64,000 nt of DNA from Sphyrna mokarran (taxonomy: Eukaryota). Numbering within the stretch: the first letter of the stretch is position 1; each line of letters opens with the position of its first letter. The notes beneath the pieces were generated by a model that made no database searches, was not told the DNA's origin, and saw only the letters and a list, made by a program, of their open reading frames with translations. Of the stretch, positions 36,378-47,972 are shown piece by piece. The position numbers and the translations under genes were made by a program. The DNA is taken from NCBI GenBank assembly GCA_024679065.1, contig JAGIQG010000011.1:71300001-71364000 (forward strand), written 5' to 3'.

Positions 36378-37009
36378 AAATAATGGTTGTTGTAAGATGG
36401 GAACAGAGGGGTCTAGGATTGTCTGAGCACAATTTTGAAAAGATTTGAAGAGAAGGACATCGTGCACCATGTCTGACAGTATGTTGAAAGACTAGTTGGG
36501 TGACTAGGATTTTAAAGAGAATGGATTTGAAGGAGCAGAGATTGGGTCAAATCAACAAAATGAGCTCACAATGGAGATGAGAGGCTTGATGAAATAATTG
36601 AAGCTATTGGAAGTCAAGACAGGTATGTTTAAGTGAAAAAGAAATCAATAAGTTCCTTGCACATATTGTTATCCATTATTATCCATTAGTTCCTGTATTT
36701 TTTTTTGCATAATCACTTCCATAAACAAACCTAAGACATTATCAAGGAACCATTGCACCCCATTGACTCTAGTAGAAAGGTGCCTCTTAGTCAGGTATTT
36801 TCTTATTTGTATGCTATCATTTATTCGTCTCGTTGTTCTAGTGAACTAGGAATTCAATCACTTTCCTTCAGGTATCATGCCTTAAAAAGCTATTGCTGGC
36901 CAGGGATCTCCATGTCTTGGTTATGCTTGGCAAGGCACAGAAGTGCTTTCCAAACATCTTCAACAGGTTCTGGCTGACTGGGAGACTCTCCTGCTGTTAC
37001 CACCTGCAT

Positions 37010-37160
37010 AAACATATTTGGAAGGATTTGTAGTTTGATATTCAACCAATTTTTCCATGTTGTGAACACATCTTCAGTGGGCACCAAGTCCTGGAGTGGG
37101 ATTTGAACCCAGAGTTTCTTGCTCAAATACAGAGACGCCTCTACTGTGCTACAAGGCACC
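37010..37160 (-). mobile_element. tRNA-derived SINE 5' fragment
   Basis: Minus strand cttgtagcacagtagaggcgtctct...ctgggttcaaatcccactccaggacttg shows A and B boxes. Confidence 0.6.
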
Positions 37161-37329
37161 CCTCTGTTTAGGTGCCACATCAATTATATGGGCATATATG
37201 GGAATGCCCGTTGTGAATTAGTGGTAAGGGTTTCACTATAGAAGGCAGTAAGAAAAAAGACCATCCACACCTGACGCAGCTGAAAGGCAGGTTTCAAACT
37301 CTTCTCTTAGCTGCATGGCTGAGAAAATG

Positions 37330-37820
37330 TTTTCTTAATTCCCTCAGTCAAAGCTGACGTTGTGGATATTGAAAGCCTGTGAACTCAACCATTTCTCACA
37401 GGTAACCTCTCTTCCTTGGAAGAGTGTAACTTCAGTAATGCGCAATACTTGTGTAAATGGCATAATTTCTGAGATCACAGCATTTATCCTGTCATGCGCG
37501 ACTTTGAGAGGCGCATTGTGCATCTTCTACTACCAGCTAATTGTAGCAGAATTTAGTGCATATTCTGGCTTGTCTGACTTATGCTTACAGGAACTTCTTT
37601 GATCTTAATGAGGCTGAAATTGCATTGAAATTTATGCTAATTTCTACTCTGATTTTCCTGACATATTTTATGTCAAATTTCCAGTGGAGCCCATGTTTCG
37701 AAAGTTGCAACTTAAAAACCGCCATAGATGCAGCACTAGCAATAAGGGTAATAATGAGTGGGCTGTTTGCTGTATTTTGTCATCATAGTGTCACATCCTC
37801 ATCACCTCTTCACTAACAGG
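37330..37820. promoter_or_regulatory. Candidate conserved noncoding element
   Basis: Repeat-free, homeodomain-type TAAT motifs, retained CpGs (gcgcaatac, gcgcgact, ggcgcatt). Conservation was not tested. Confidence 0.4.
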
Positions 37821-38131
37821 AAAAGGTCACTCTCACCCTGGCAAGTGGCAGGGAAGGACAGGGGTCTGAAATACTTTGCACATGCTGAGGCAAACAGCAC
37901 TTTGGTTAAGTAGAGCATGGATGTCAGTAAGAAAGATTCAAAACAACTCTGGAAGAAAATCCCTATCAAAGTCTGCAAATCTCAGCTGCACATTTATCAG
38001 GGGATTTGTTGGGTTGCGTTGCACTTGAATATTTAGATTCAAATTGATGCTGGTGTACTATTTGGAGTAAATTTTCTGACCTCATCCACGGGAATCTTAT
38101 CGGATAGGACTGAAAATTTGGTGGATCATTT

Positions 38132-38430
38132 CGGCAGTACGGTGACACTGTGGTTAGCATTGCTGCCTCAAAGTGTCGGGACACAGGTTCAATTCCCAGC
38201 TTAGGACATTGTGTGTGCAGAATCATCACACTCTCCCTGTGTCTGCATGGGTTTCCTCTGGATGCTAGGATTCCCTCCCACAGTCCAAAAGATGTGCTGG
38301 TTATGTGCATTGGCCATGCTAAATTCTCCCTACCTACACAGGCACTGGAGTGCAGCAATTAGGGGATGTTCACAGTAATTTCATTGCATTGTTAATATAA
38401 ACCTACTTGCAACACTAATAAAAAAAACTT
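38132..38430 (+). mobile_element. V-SINE subtype with alternative 3' tail
   Basis: HE1-like head and V-domain, followed by caggcactggagtg...aggggatgttcacagtaatttcattgca...acactaataaa instead of the gattctat tail. Confidence 0.88.
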
Positions 38431-39316
38431 GTTGACCTCAGGCAGAAATTTCCAGTCTTGGAGCGCATGCAGCCAGGAAATCCCACCCTTCATGTAAATC
38501 CAGAAAAACTGCTCACATGCATGGGGTTGGGTCTTGGAACTGAGTGGCAGATGATTTTGGCAGACATATCTTGCAACTGGAGCAAAGAAATGTGGACACT
38601 TGCGCAATTCGATGGCTCAGCATAAAATTGGCATTGTCAGTTACACACAAATTTCCTCACCCAATGCTTCTGCAGTATAAATATGCCAAAAAGTTCCAGG
38701 AAATTCCAGGCTTATCACACAGATGTTTAAGACAAGAGTATCTGATTCTGTTATTTTAATAGCCACATGAACTAAGCAATTTAAGTTTTCAGGTTAAAAT
38801 CGTGGCAAGAGGAACTTAGTGCTGTTGTGTCAGGCCTATGTACAATATGTCTGCTGACAGTCATTTCTCTCTTACAGTTCTTTAAGACTCAGAGCTACAA
38901 CAAACAGGTTAACATCTTATGAAACCCCTGCATCTAATAAACAAATTAAACTGAATGATTCCTGTTCACCTTGATCTCAAAACCTCTGTCTTTTAGACTC
39001 ATCTCTCATATCGATGTGTTACAATAGACTTATTGTTTTAATTTTAAAGGCTGAGAAACATAGCTGCAGAAAACTCAGATGGTAATCTGGGTCATGCATG
39101 CCTTCCATCACTGTCATGAATGTCTGGTATTAAGTGAACAATTGTTTAGTTAAAAGAACTAGAAGTGCATTCTGTTTCGCTCTTATTGTAGTATCTTTAC
39201 TCAGCTGTCACTGCCGCGTATGTATCAGAATGCAATAAATGTGTCACAAGGGACCAGCTGAGGAGAGTTAACAGTATTCAACCAGTATTCTAACTGTGGA
39301 CATTTCTCTCCCACAG

Positions 39317-39422
39317 AAAATCAGAATTACAGTCAACGTGTTCAGTGTGTGAAGAGCCTGGTGAAGAAGCTTCCTAAACCTAACCATGATACCTTGAGAG
39401 TTCTCGTTAAACATTTACAAAA
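39317..39422 (+). CDS. ARHGAP15: Internal coding exon (106 bp, phase 1 to phase 2) of a RhoGAP gene, best match ARHGAP15 penultimate coding exon
   Basis: Acceptor catttctctcccacag ends at 39316 and donor gtaagc starts at 39423. The exon reads aa|NQNYSQRVQCVKSLVKKLPKPNHDTLRVLVKHLQ|aa with no stops. It aligns without gaps to the recalled human ARHGAP15 segment KQDNNTRIEAVKSLVQKLPPPNRDTMKVLFGHLT. Paralogs ARHGAP12/9/27 are less likely given the length match, the VKSLV motif and the very large flanking introns. Confidence 0.88.
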
Positions 39423-39754
39423 GTAAGCACTGAAATATTCATTTCTTATTCATATACCTTAGCATGCATGCTTCATTTCACAAATTTAAACTGTATTACA
39501 GAAATTGCAAAATTTAGGTAATTTGTGCCTCCTATTACCATGGGAGATCTCAATGACTCATTATGCACCACCAGTATTCTAAATGCAGTCTTTAAAATAC
39601 ATTACTAGAAATAGTGAACATAAAAAATATTTCTGCTATTGTTATAATGCCATTAATACCAAGTAACCAGGAGAAGATTTCCTTCCAAATGTTGTAGTTA
39701 ATATTAAAAACAGAAAGACATTTATTCTCAGGATGACAGTAATGACAACAAATA

Positions 39755-40500
39755 TCAAAAACTTGCATTTATATACTACCTTCAATGAATAAAGATATCC
39801 ATAAGTGTTTATAGGAAGTATAATGATGTGGAGATGCTAGCGTTGGACTGCGGTGGGCACAGTAAGAAGTCTCATAACACCAGGTTAAAGTCCAACAGGC
39901 ATATTTGGAATCATAAGCTATCAGAACGCTACTCCTTCATCAGATGAGTGTATGGGAAGTATAAAGCAGAATGAATACAAGGCAAGGGATGAATTATTAG
40001 GGGAAATGGTCAAAAAGATGCATTTTGAGGAGATTCTTAAAGAAAGACAACAAAGTGGACAGGCAGAAGGACTTAGGGAAGGAGCTTTAGAACATGTAAC
40101 CTTGGAAGCTGAATGCATGATTGTAACCAATGAAGCAAGTGAGGAGATGATGCACAAATAGCTGGCGTTAAGGCATCAGATAGTTTGGGTCATTGTTGTA
40201 TGATCAGAGAGTTAAAGAGATAGGAAGGGATGAGACAACAGTTGTATTCAAACAGAAGGATAAAGATTGTAAGTTTTAAGCATTGGAGAACTGTGCAAGT
40301 TATGCAGGCCATTGATAAAGGGATTGATGAACAAGAAGCTGTAGGATAGGATGCAATCAGATTAGTTTTGGATGAGCTGAAATTTAAGGTAGAGGAAAGA
40401 CGGTAGAGAATTAGAGTGATCGGTCCGGAGGAGACAAAGACATGAATCTGAGTATCAATGGCAAATACGATGTGGTGGAGAGTCAGACAGATAAGGGATT
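39755..40500 (-). mobile_element. Degenerate L2 LINE 3' portion, interrupted by a Penelope-type insertion
   Basis: L2-type tail aacttgcatttatatactaccttcaatg near 39760; collinear with 4317-4950. Confidence 0.7.
39824..39950 (-). mobile_element. Single-arm Penelope-type element (family A) with TSD
   Basis: Matches the left arm of the 23621 and 27809 elements. Minus-strand core is ctgatga-a-ggag-tagcg-ttct-gata-gctt. TSD tataggaagtataa (39810-39823) / tatgggaagtataa (39951-39964). Confidence 0.82.
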
Positions 40501-40516
40501 CAGTGCTTCAATGCAA

Positions 40517-40755
40517 GGCTTGCATTTATATGGTGCTTTTTACTTTCCATGGTCTTTCCAAAACACTTCAGAACCAACACAGAAAGTTTGAAAATCAGCC
40601 ATTTTGCAGTAAAGGTAAATGTCAAACTATACACAATAAGGTCCCACAAACAGCAACGAGATAAATCTATCAGATTGTTTGATGGCATTGGTTGAAGGAC
40701 AAATATTGGCCAGGACGTTGGAAGAGACCCCAATTCTTTATAACAGTGCCTCGGC
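40517..40755 (-). mobile_element. Deu-SINE 3' half
   Basis: gtcccacaaacagcaa...cagattgttt...ggttgaaggacaaatattggccaggac is the reverse complement of the Deu domain and tail. Confidence 0.7.
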
Positions 40756-41399
40756 TAGGGCAGAGCAGACCATGTTATCTCATCGAGCCAAGAATATAGG
40801 TTTACTTCTGTTAAAAGTTGAGCCACAATCAATTCTAAAAAGAATAATCAGATGATTAAATCTTGTAGGGATCTGAAAGGAAACATTGCAATTCCGATTC
40901 CTTATTAAAAATGATAATTCACAGCAATTGCAAGTCAGAAATACAGGCCTGTAATTTCAAATTGGCAAATTTATATTATTTCTCCCACTCTCAGTGGATT
41001 GCTTTACTGACAAGACCTGGATTCAGTTGTGCTTTTAGCATAATCTGTTCAACACATGGCATTGCCCAGTAGAACAATGCACGCAGAAAAAGGAATGCGT
41101 CATTACTGAAACAATAACATTTAAGACATAAATTCCAAACACTGAAACTAATAAGGATCCCATTAGCTGCAGCAGTTATCAAGTATTTGCTCAGGGTGGG
41201 CACTTAGTTTCAGCTTTCTTTTTCTTTCTCAGGATTTTAGTCCACTGACATCAATGACCATAAAATTGATAAGAAAACTTGTAATGGCTTTAGTTAACGA
41301 AAGACATAGTAGTAGGTAGGAAGTGACAAAGCAACATTTTATGTTAATATAATGCAACCTTCCTCAGAGAAACATTGAAGATTAATAATTTTGCAATAA

Positions 41400-41495
41400 A
41401 ACCATAACAACAGAAAATGTTGGAAAATCCTAGCAGGTCTGACAACATCTGTGGGGAGAGAGCAGAGCCAACATTTCGATGATCCTTCGTCAGAT
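41400..41495 (-). mobile_element. Penelope-type family B repeat with hammerhead-like core
   Basis: Minus strand 41470-41493 reads ctgacga-ag-gatcatc-gaaa-tgtt; the body matches the 11578 copy. Confidence 0.7.
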
Positions 41496-41603
41496 TTATA
41501 GATAAATTTATAAACAGATTCTGAGGCATGATTCTTTGTATTAATATCAATTATCTACTTTATTGATTATCTTGTCTACAATAAGTTGTCAGTTTGATTC
41601 TGT

Positions 41604-41815
41604 ATCACAGAATGACGACAGTGCAGAGGGAGGCCATTTGGCCCATCAAGTCTACACTGATTCTCTGACAGAGTATCTTACCTATGCTGTCTCTCCCACC
41701 CTACCGCTGTGACCCTTCTCATTTACCATGGCTAATCCATCCAACCTACACATCTTGAAACACTACAGGGCAATTTTTTTTACTATGACCAATCCACTTA
41801 ACCTGCACGTTTTTG
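41604..41815 (-). mobile_element. HE1-type V-SINE 3' half
   Basis: acagtgcagagggaggccatttggcccatc ... gggcaatt...atgaccaatccacttaacctgcac. Confidence 0.75.
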
Positions 41816-42794
41816 GTTTGAGTTCAGTTTGAGTCTACTCCTTCAATGAATCCTATAAGTTGTTGATTGCTGGATTTGTATATTGCTGCTTTTTTTTATA
41901 AGCTACCTTTAGACATCTTTCACCAATCAGTAAAACTGACACCTTCCACATCAGGCTGGAGTGGCAAAAAAATGATAGTTAAAAAGAAATGTGTGAAGCA
42001 AAATAGAAACAGCAAATTTCAAACTTGAACTCTATCTATTTTTTAAAAAAATGTATAGTAATCTGCTGTAATGAACCTGAATGTGCAAGAAATCACTGGG
42101 GCTATACAAAGAGAGTTGCACATTGTGGATATTAGTCCAGAGACCCACAGGCCAGTGAATACCCAGATTAAATCACTAGTCTTTGCCCACCTAACTGAGC
42201 ACCACTGAGGCAGCAACAAAGTTCCTCCAATTGCCTTAAGTGTTCCTAAGGCAAGAAACAGAACCAAAAGCCTATGCAAAATATTTATGGATGTCAAGTG
42301 AGGGCTGTGATGTTCATTTTAGTTAAATCTTCCGATGACACCTGTTCTTCAGACTTGCGCATAGAGATAATCATTTGTCTGAATTACACAAGGACTGCTA
42401 TCATTAATGTGGGCATGCCTCCACTGTAAAATAATACATTGAGCCGAAGAATGTAAGCAATTGGATGGGTTTGTGGTGAGAGGGAGAGGAGAGGGGAGGG
42501 AGATGGCAGCACAGGAAAAGGGTTTAAATATCAGATTCTGAGATCTACAAGTACAAGCTCAAATTTACATCACTGGTGTTTTGCTCTGGTCACAGGAAAG
42601 GTTGAGATTTTCTAGATATTCATGTCAGGTGGATCTTACAGTCTTGATGATAACGCATCCCCATTGTGGGGTTAGCAGCTGGATGGTGTGGATTCAGTGG
42701 GAAATTCCATTAACAGCCACAGAACCAGAAGATCCGAGAAACACGCCAAGGGGAGACCAGAGAATCTCACCCATAAATGAGAAAATAGAAATGT

Positions 42795-43460
42795 CTGAAG
42801 GAATTCTCTCATTCTCTAGCCAACAGGATCAATGGCGAGCGGGAAAGGAGAATCCAGTGGGAGTTATAAAAATCGGTTTCACACTGGCATGAAATTACTG
42901 TAGATTTTCCGATGCTGTCCACCATGGTGGATTGGAATTCCCACTTGAGGCCAGCGTGAAACTGATACACTTGTCAAAGAGCAGAGTAATCGCCCCCCCA
43001 TCCAACCCCCCCGGCATACAATTCTCCATGTGGCCAAAACACACCAAACCAGAACACCCCTGGGTCAACTTGGTGTGTAAAGATTGGGACTTTCCTGAAT
43101 AAGGCTCAGAACTGCTTCCAGGGTTTGGAATGGAGGCTGCCAGCAGCGCTGAACACTGGGACATCACAGCAGTGGATATCGAAGGTGTCAATCAGATAGA
43201 TCTTCCAGTTTCAATGTTCTGATGAATGTCCACCTTCCAGCCGCAGGGTGTTCATTGACTTTCTTCAGGAGGTTTATATTCTTTCTTCAACAGTGAGTCA
43301 GCAGTATTGGCCACCTTATAAAGATGGTGCAATACCCATTTGTTGCACAATTGATTACATGGGTGCCAGAAGATATGGCCTAGTTCCCCATTGACTTACA
43401 CAGTGGGAAACACTCCCTTTTCCCATCCCTACCACAATCCCAGATGAGAGAATTCCACCG
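42795..43460. mobile_element. Non-autonomous DNA transposon-like element
   Basis: Perfect 13-bp inverted repeat ggaattctctcat (42800-42812) / atgagagaattcc (43444-43456) bounding a GC-richer interior. Confidence 0.55.
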
Positions 43461-43909
43461 TTAGTGTCTTAATGGATTGCCTTTGGAATTGTGCACGGGG
43501 AGCAATTATAATTCAATTCACTATCACACCTTTTAATAATCACATAAACGTCAAAATTACTACTGAGAAATCAGATCAACTGTGATTGTCAGGTGAAGAA
43601 GGGTAAGAAGCTAGAGATATTTGATCCAGAGCATGCAATATAATTCAGTTCCCATTTCAAAGTCACATGACTTACTTTAATCTGTCAATATAAATCCAAT
43701 ATCAATTTTTGATTGAAACCATCTCTAAAATTTCCCATGTTGCAATTATATCCTCCTATCAGTGATGGCACTGCACAACAAGCTTACAAAGGCAGTTCCC
43801 ATTATTAACCGGAAAATAGGAAGTCATAATGAAAGCAGTTGAACTTAAGCATGTGTATGTGTAAGCTTTTTTAGGATATTAAACTCCTATGGTGTTGATA
43901 GATAGTTAA

Positions 43910-44272
43910 GACCAGGTATAGCTCACTTGATTGGCACCCCTTCTACATACATTCACTCCCTCCACCACCACCTAAAGATGCATTGCAGGAACTCACTAAG
44001 GCTCCTTCGGCATCACCTTCCAAACTCATGGCCACTATTATTTTGAAGGACAAGAGCAGCAGACACGTAGGAACCCTATGATGTTCCCCTCCAAATCACC
44101 CGCCATTCTGACTTGGAAATATATCGCCATTCTTTTACCGTTGTTATAGGTGTATCTAAGCCACAGGGCTGCAGCAACTGAAGGAGGCTACCACCTTCTC
44201 AAGAGCAATTAGAGATAGGCAATAAATGCTGTCTTAGGCACCGATGTCCATATCCCTGAATTAATTTTAAAA
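43910..44272 (+). mobile_element. CR1-group LINE 3' end
   Basis: Remnant peptide AHLIGTPSTYIHSLHHH and tail gcaattagagataggcaataaatgctg; similar to 52630-53200. Confidence 0.75.
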
Positions 44273-44289
44273 AGCCTCTCCATGAAGCA

Positions 44290-44487
44290 TGATGTAGAAA
44301 TGCTGATGTTGGATGGGAGTGGACAAGATAAGGGGCACATGACACCAGGCTATAAGTTTATTTCAAATCATAAGCTTCAAAATCACTTCAGGGAACTTCA
44401 CCTGGTGAAGAAGCAGTACCCCAAAAGCTTGTGATATCAAATAAACTTATTGGACTTTAACCTGGTGTCATGTGACCTCTCATCAGG
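44290..44487. mobile_element. Older fold-back Penelope-type element (family A)
   Basis: Inverted arms cacatgacaccagg...tttatttcaaatcataagctt / aagcttgtgatatcaaataaa...cctggtgtcatgtg; decayed core ctggtga-a-gaagcagtaccc-caaaagctt; short flanking repeat tgaagca. Confidence 0.7.
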
Positions 44488-45859
44488 TGAAGCAGGGTAG
44501 GAGTGTTTGGACCAGGGCAAATAGACATGAATAATTTCCTAGTTTCAGAGTATTATATTCTTGTCTTTACTTTTATATTATTATCATCAATTAATACATT
44601 GGAAACCTCTAATGCAAAAACAATCCATATTGTGGTTACACTGTCCAACCAGTGGTGGTGCTGTACCATCTCTACGGGAACCAGAGTACAATTCATGCGT
44701 GACAATTTTATGTAAGTATTTTCCATTCTACATGTCATCTTACTCCATTTTAATTCACAGGAAGCTTGAGCTGACCTGAATATTTCAATAAATTATAGAT
44801 AGCCATAGATGAAATAAGAGTATATTAGTAAATTGTTGCAATCCCCATTGAGCCAGATAGCTTTTAGAAAGATATATGAATCTGCAACAGTCTGAAAGAT
44901 CAGGCAATGAGATTTTAAGTTTTAAGACTTTTACTGTAATAAATAAACTAAAAGCAACTTTGTCTAAACATAATTCAACGGACAACTTGTGCGCCAAACT
45001 GAAGAAAACTTTCCCTATTTAACTTAAAATGATGGAAGATTCCCTCTCCTTGCTTATACTGTACTCCATCCCTTAAGTAGATTCTTCATTCTCCAGGAAC
45101 CAAGCTCAAATTATTCTCAGCTCTTGCTGGTTTGCTTCCTTTTTCATTTTTATCAGATGGATAACTTCTATTCTGTGAATCTTGATGAAGTTTACTCTAG
45201 CTGTCATTCTCTCTAGCCAAAACTAGGTGAATCTTCCAGCTTTGTGTAAATCCTCACAAACTGGGTCCCATCTAGCTGAGGGTGAGCTCTCACCTATGTT
45301 ATATGTGGTGAACTCTCTAAACTAGCTGCCTCTTCACACTATTCTGTCTCTTTCTTTCTCACTTTTAGGTCCCTGCAGACTGACCTGTATGTGAATCTCT
45401 TCAGAACAACTCTATAATCTGATACTGCAATGGTTGAAATGGATTCTTGCCCCCTCTAAGCCCGTCGTCATATTAAAAACAATCACGTGGGTCTTGTTTC
45501 CAAGCAGAAATTCTAATTAGCTATCCTCTAGATCCTCTACTTTATTCCATTTTGGAATGAAGTAGTCCAAAAAACTGCTTGCAAAACCTAACCTTTCTGA
45601 CACCTCCCTATGACTTAAAGATTAACTATCTGTCCTCTGTTGGCAACATTGTCATTGTTTACAATGTGAATATCTCTAATCTTCTGTCCAGTAAGGCAAT
45701 ATTGCCCCACACCCCATCTTTAACTTTTAACAACCAAACCATCCAAACTCGTTATCGAGCAAAATTCAGAACACGTCACATGAATCCCCCATTTCTCCAT
45801 TTTATCCTAAATTGAAGAGACAATCCCACAACATAACAATCTTGCAAACTTCATGGGGG

Positions 45860-46055
45860 TGGGGGACGATTTTTCTCCCTCTCCACAGTGTGTTTGGTGG
45901 TGGTGGGAGGTGGCAAGTGCTCACTGGTCATGGGATTTTATCAACAAAATTTCCCATTAAATGGACTCTTCGCTGCCGGGAATCCCACAGTGGGGAAGCG
46001 TCGGCAGTGGGACTGTAAGATTCAGCTGGCATAAATGGGAGCAAGATTTCAGTCC
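45860..46055. mobile_element. MITE-like element
   Basis: ggggacgatttttc ... aagatttcagtcc termini with internal gggatttt/gggaatccc motifs like the other copies. Confidence 0.5.
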
Positions 46056-47849
46056 ATATCTGGAACAAAGTGCAAAGCAAATATTAATTCCATTATCAGA
46101 AATTCTGCTGTGCTACACGAGTTATCAGTTGCTTAGCATCTTTGTATAGGGATACATATCACTAATTAAAATGAATAAACAGCTTTACATTTCACAAAAG
46201 AGAAACTTGTAGAGTTTTAGAAAATTTAGAATTTTATGAAACACATCCTAAAGATACAATACAAACAAACATATGTAAAAGTGAAGGTCATTGCCAAATC
46301 TCGCATGATAATGATGCATTGAACAGATACATTGCTGATACATTTATGAATATTTCCTGATAATCTTGGAAAATTATCAATCTGATGTTATCAAAACCGT
46401 GTACCTAGCAATATCTAGACTTTGTTTCATTTCCTTCTCAGATAAAGCTGTTTGTCATAGCTGTCCATGCCAGAATGTAGGTGGGGAGAATACAGGTTAA
46501 GTGGTCTTGAAGGACGAAAGCATTCAGATAGCATCATACTCATTTCAATATCCAATTCTTTCAAGAGTCCTTCAGAGTATGAAAAATGTCAATCAGAAAT
46601 ACACAAGACTGCTACTGAGAAGTCAGATAGATGATGATTCAAATCAGTTCTTCCATCTACTATGCAAAATAGACAACTCAGTTCTTACCTTTCTTAACCA
46701 TTTTTTACATTAGAGTAATTACCGCTCGCTGGTTTAGCCAATGTGCAATTGTTCAGTTCTTTTCATAGCCGTGTTCATTCTTTCTTTCATGTATTAAGAA
46801 ATTCTATAAGAATTACACACCTGAGAAAAGGGGGTTGAGTGTCAATTAATTTCATCAGTTAAAATCCTGGAAGCTGTTGTGGGGATTTGGGGGAACAGTG
46901 TTGTGGGGTGAATGGAACTCTAGGACAGAAAGCCATAAGATATAAAGCATAAGACACAGGAGCAGATTTAGGCCATTCAGCCCATTGAGTTCTGATACTA
47001 TTGAAGTCAGGGAGAACAAAATTTTTTTTTTAATAATTCCTTTTTGAACTTGTCATTTGATGGTTACTGTGGAGGGCCGAATGCCTACTCCACTCATTGA
47101 TGGCTAATTTTCCAAAGGGATCCTTGAGTCATGCCTCCAGTTAAGTTCCATAAGAAGCCTAATGTTCTGGATGGTTAACAAAAGTCCCCTCCGTGCATTT
47201 AACAAAGAGATCAACATCCTTGCCGATTGAGCGCGAGTTGCTAAATTGTTATGATATGCTCTTCTTCTATGCTGAAATAAACAGGCACAACAAGTTCAAA
47301 TTTCTCTCCTCACATAGGAATTAGGAGCCTAATGTTTGTTGAAGGGTCCCTTGGTAAGGCAGCAACAAAAGAAGCAAACACCAGTACGGAAATTCTACCA
47401 CCCATCTGCCACAGAATTGGAACGAGGCGGACAATAGAAATGTCCACTGACCTTGTACAGGAATTTCCAATCTTGCTCAAACGAGGCCGTAAATCCACCT
47501 CTACAGGTCTGTCCAAATCAGGATTATTCAACTGCCCAACGGAATATAATTTTCAAAACTTCCTTGTCTTCCTGTGGAGCTAGAATGAGCAGGAGCGTTC
47601 CACTAACTCCAGAGGCATCATAATTTTTCCCCAGCCCCTATCCATAGCCCCTGTAACCTGCTTACCTGGACTTACAGCAGGCAGCTGCCATTGAGCCAAG
47701 CAGCTGATAATAGAATTCTTCTATCAAGCCTGTAGGTACAACCAATGCCGGCAACTCATTCAGAATATATTGATAAGGCCAATTTCCATTCATCCTCAGG
47801 CTGACTCATTTCTCCCTGACTCTTTTCAACCTCTGTTGATTCTGTCTAC

Positions 47850-47972
47850 TGAAAGAAAAATACTGCAGACTTTGGGAATCTGAAACTAAACAAAAATGCT
47901 CAGCAGGTCTGACACCATCTGTGGCGAGAGAAGCAGGGTTAGCATTTCAAGAGAAATATGATCCTTCAGAAT
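47850..47972 (-). mobile_element. Penelope-type family B repeat, decayed
   Basis: ctcagcaggtctgacaccatctgtggcgagagaagcagggttagcatttc matches the other family B copies. Confidence 0.65.

Noticed and set aside
38878-38907. 30-nt poison microexon upstream of the RhoGAP exon
   Set aside because: The acceptor is good but the donor (gttaac) is poor. Such pseudo-sites are common in long introns.
42125-42275. LF-SINE-like ancient element
   Set aside because: There is a faint resemblance to an old tRNA-derived SINE, but it is too diverged to assign by eye.
44503-44530. VFGP motif as the ARHGAP15 last exon
   Set aside because: It reads VFGPGQID rather than VFGPTLL, has no suitable acceptor, and directly follows a repeat.
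45369-45386. 18-nt in-frame microexon (acceptor ttttag, donor gtatgt)
   Set aside because: It lies in a pyrimidine-rich tract that looks like old LINE debris, the exonic side of the donor is weak, and it would insert residues into the GAP fold.
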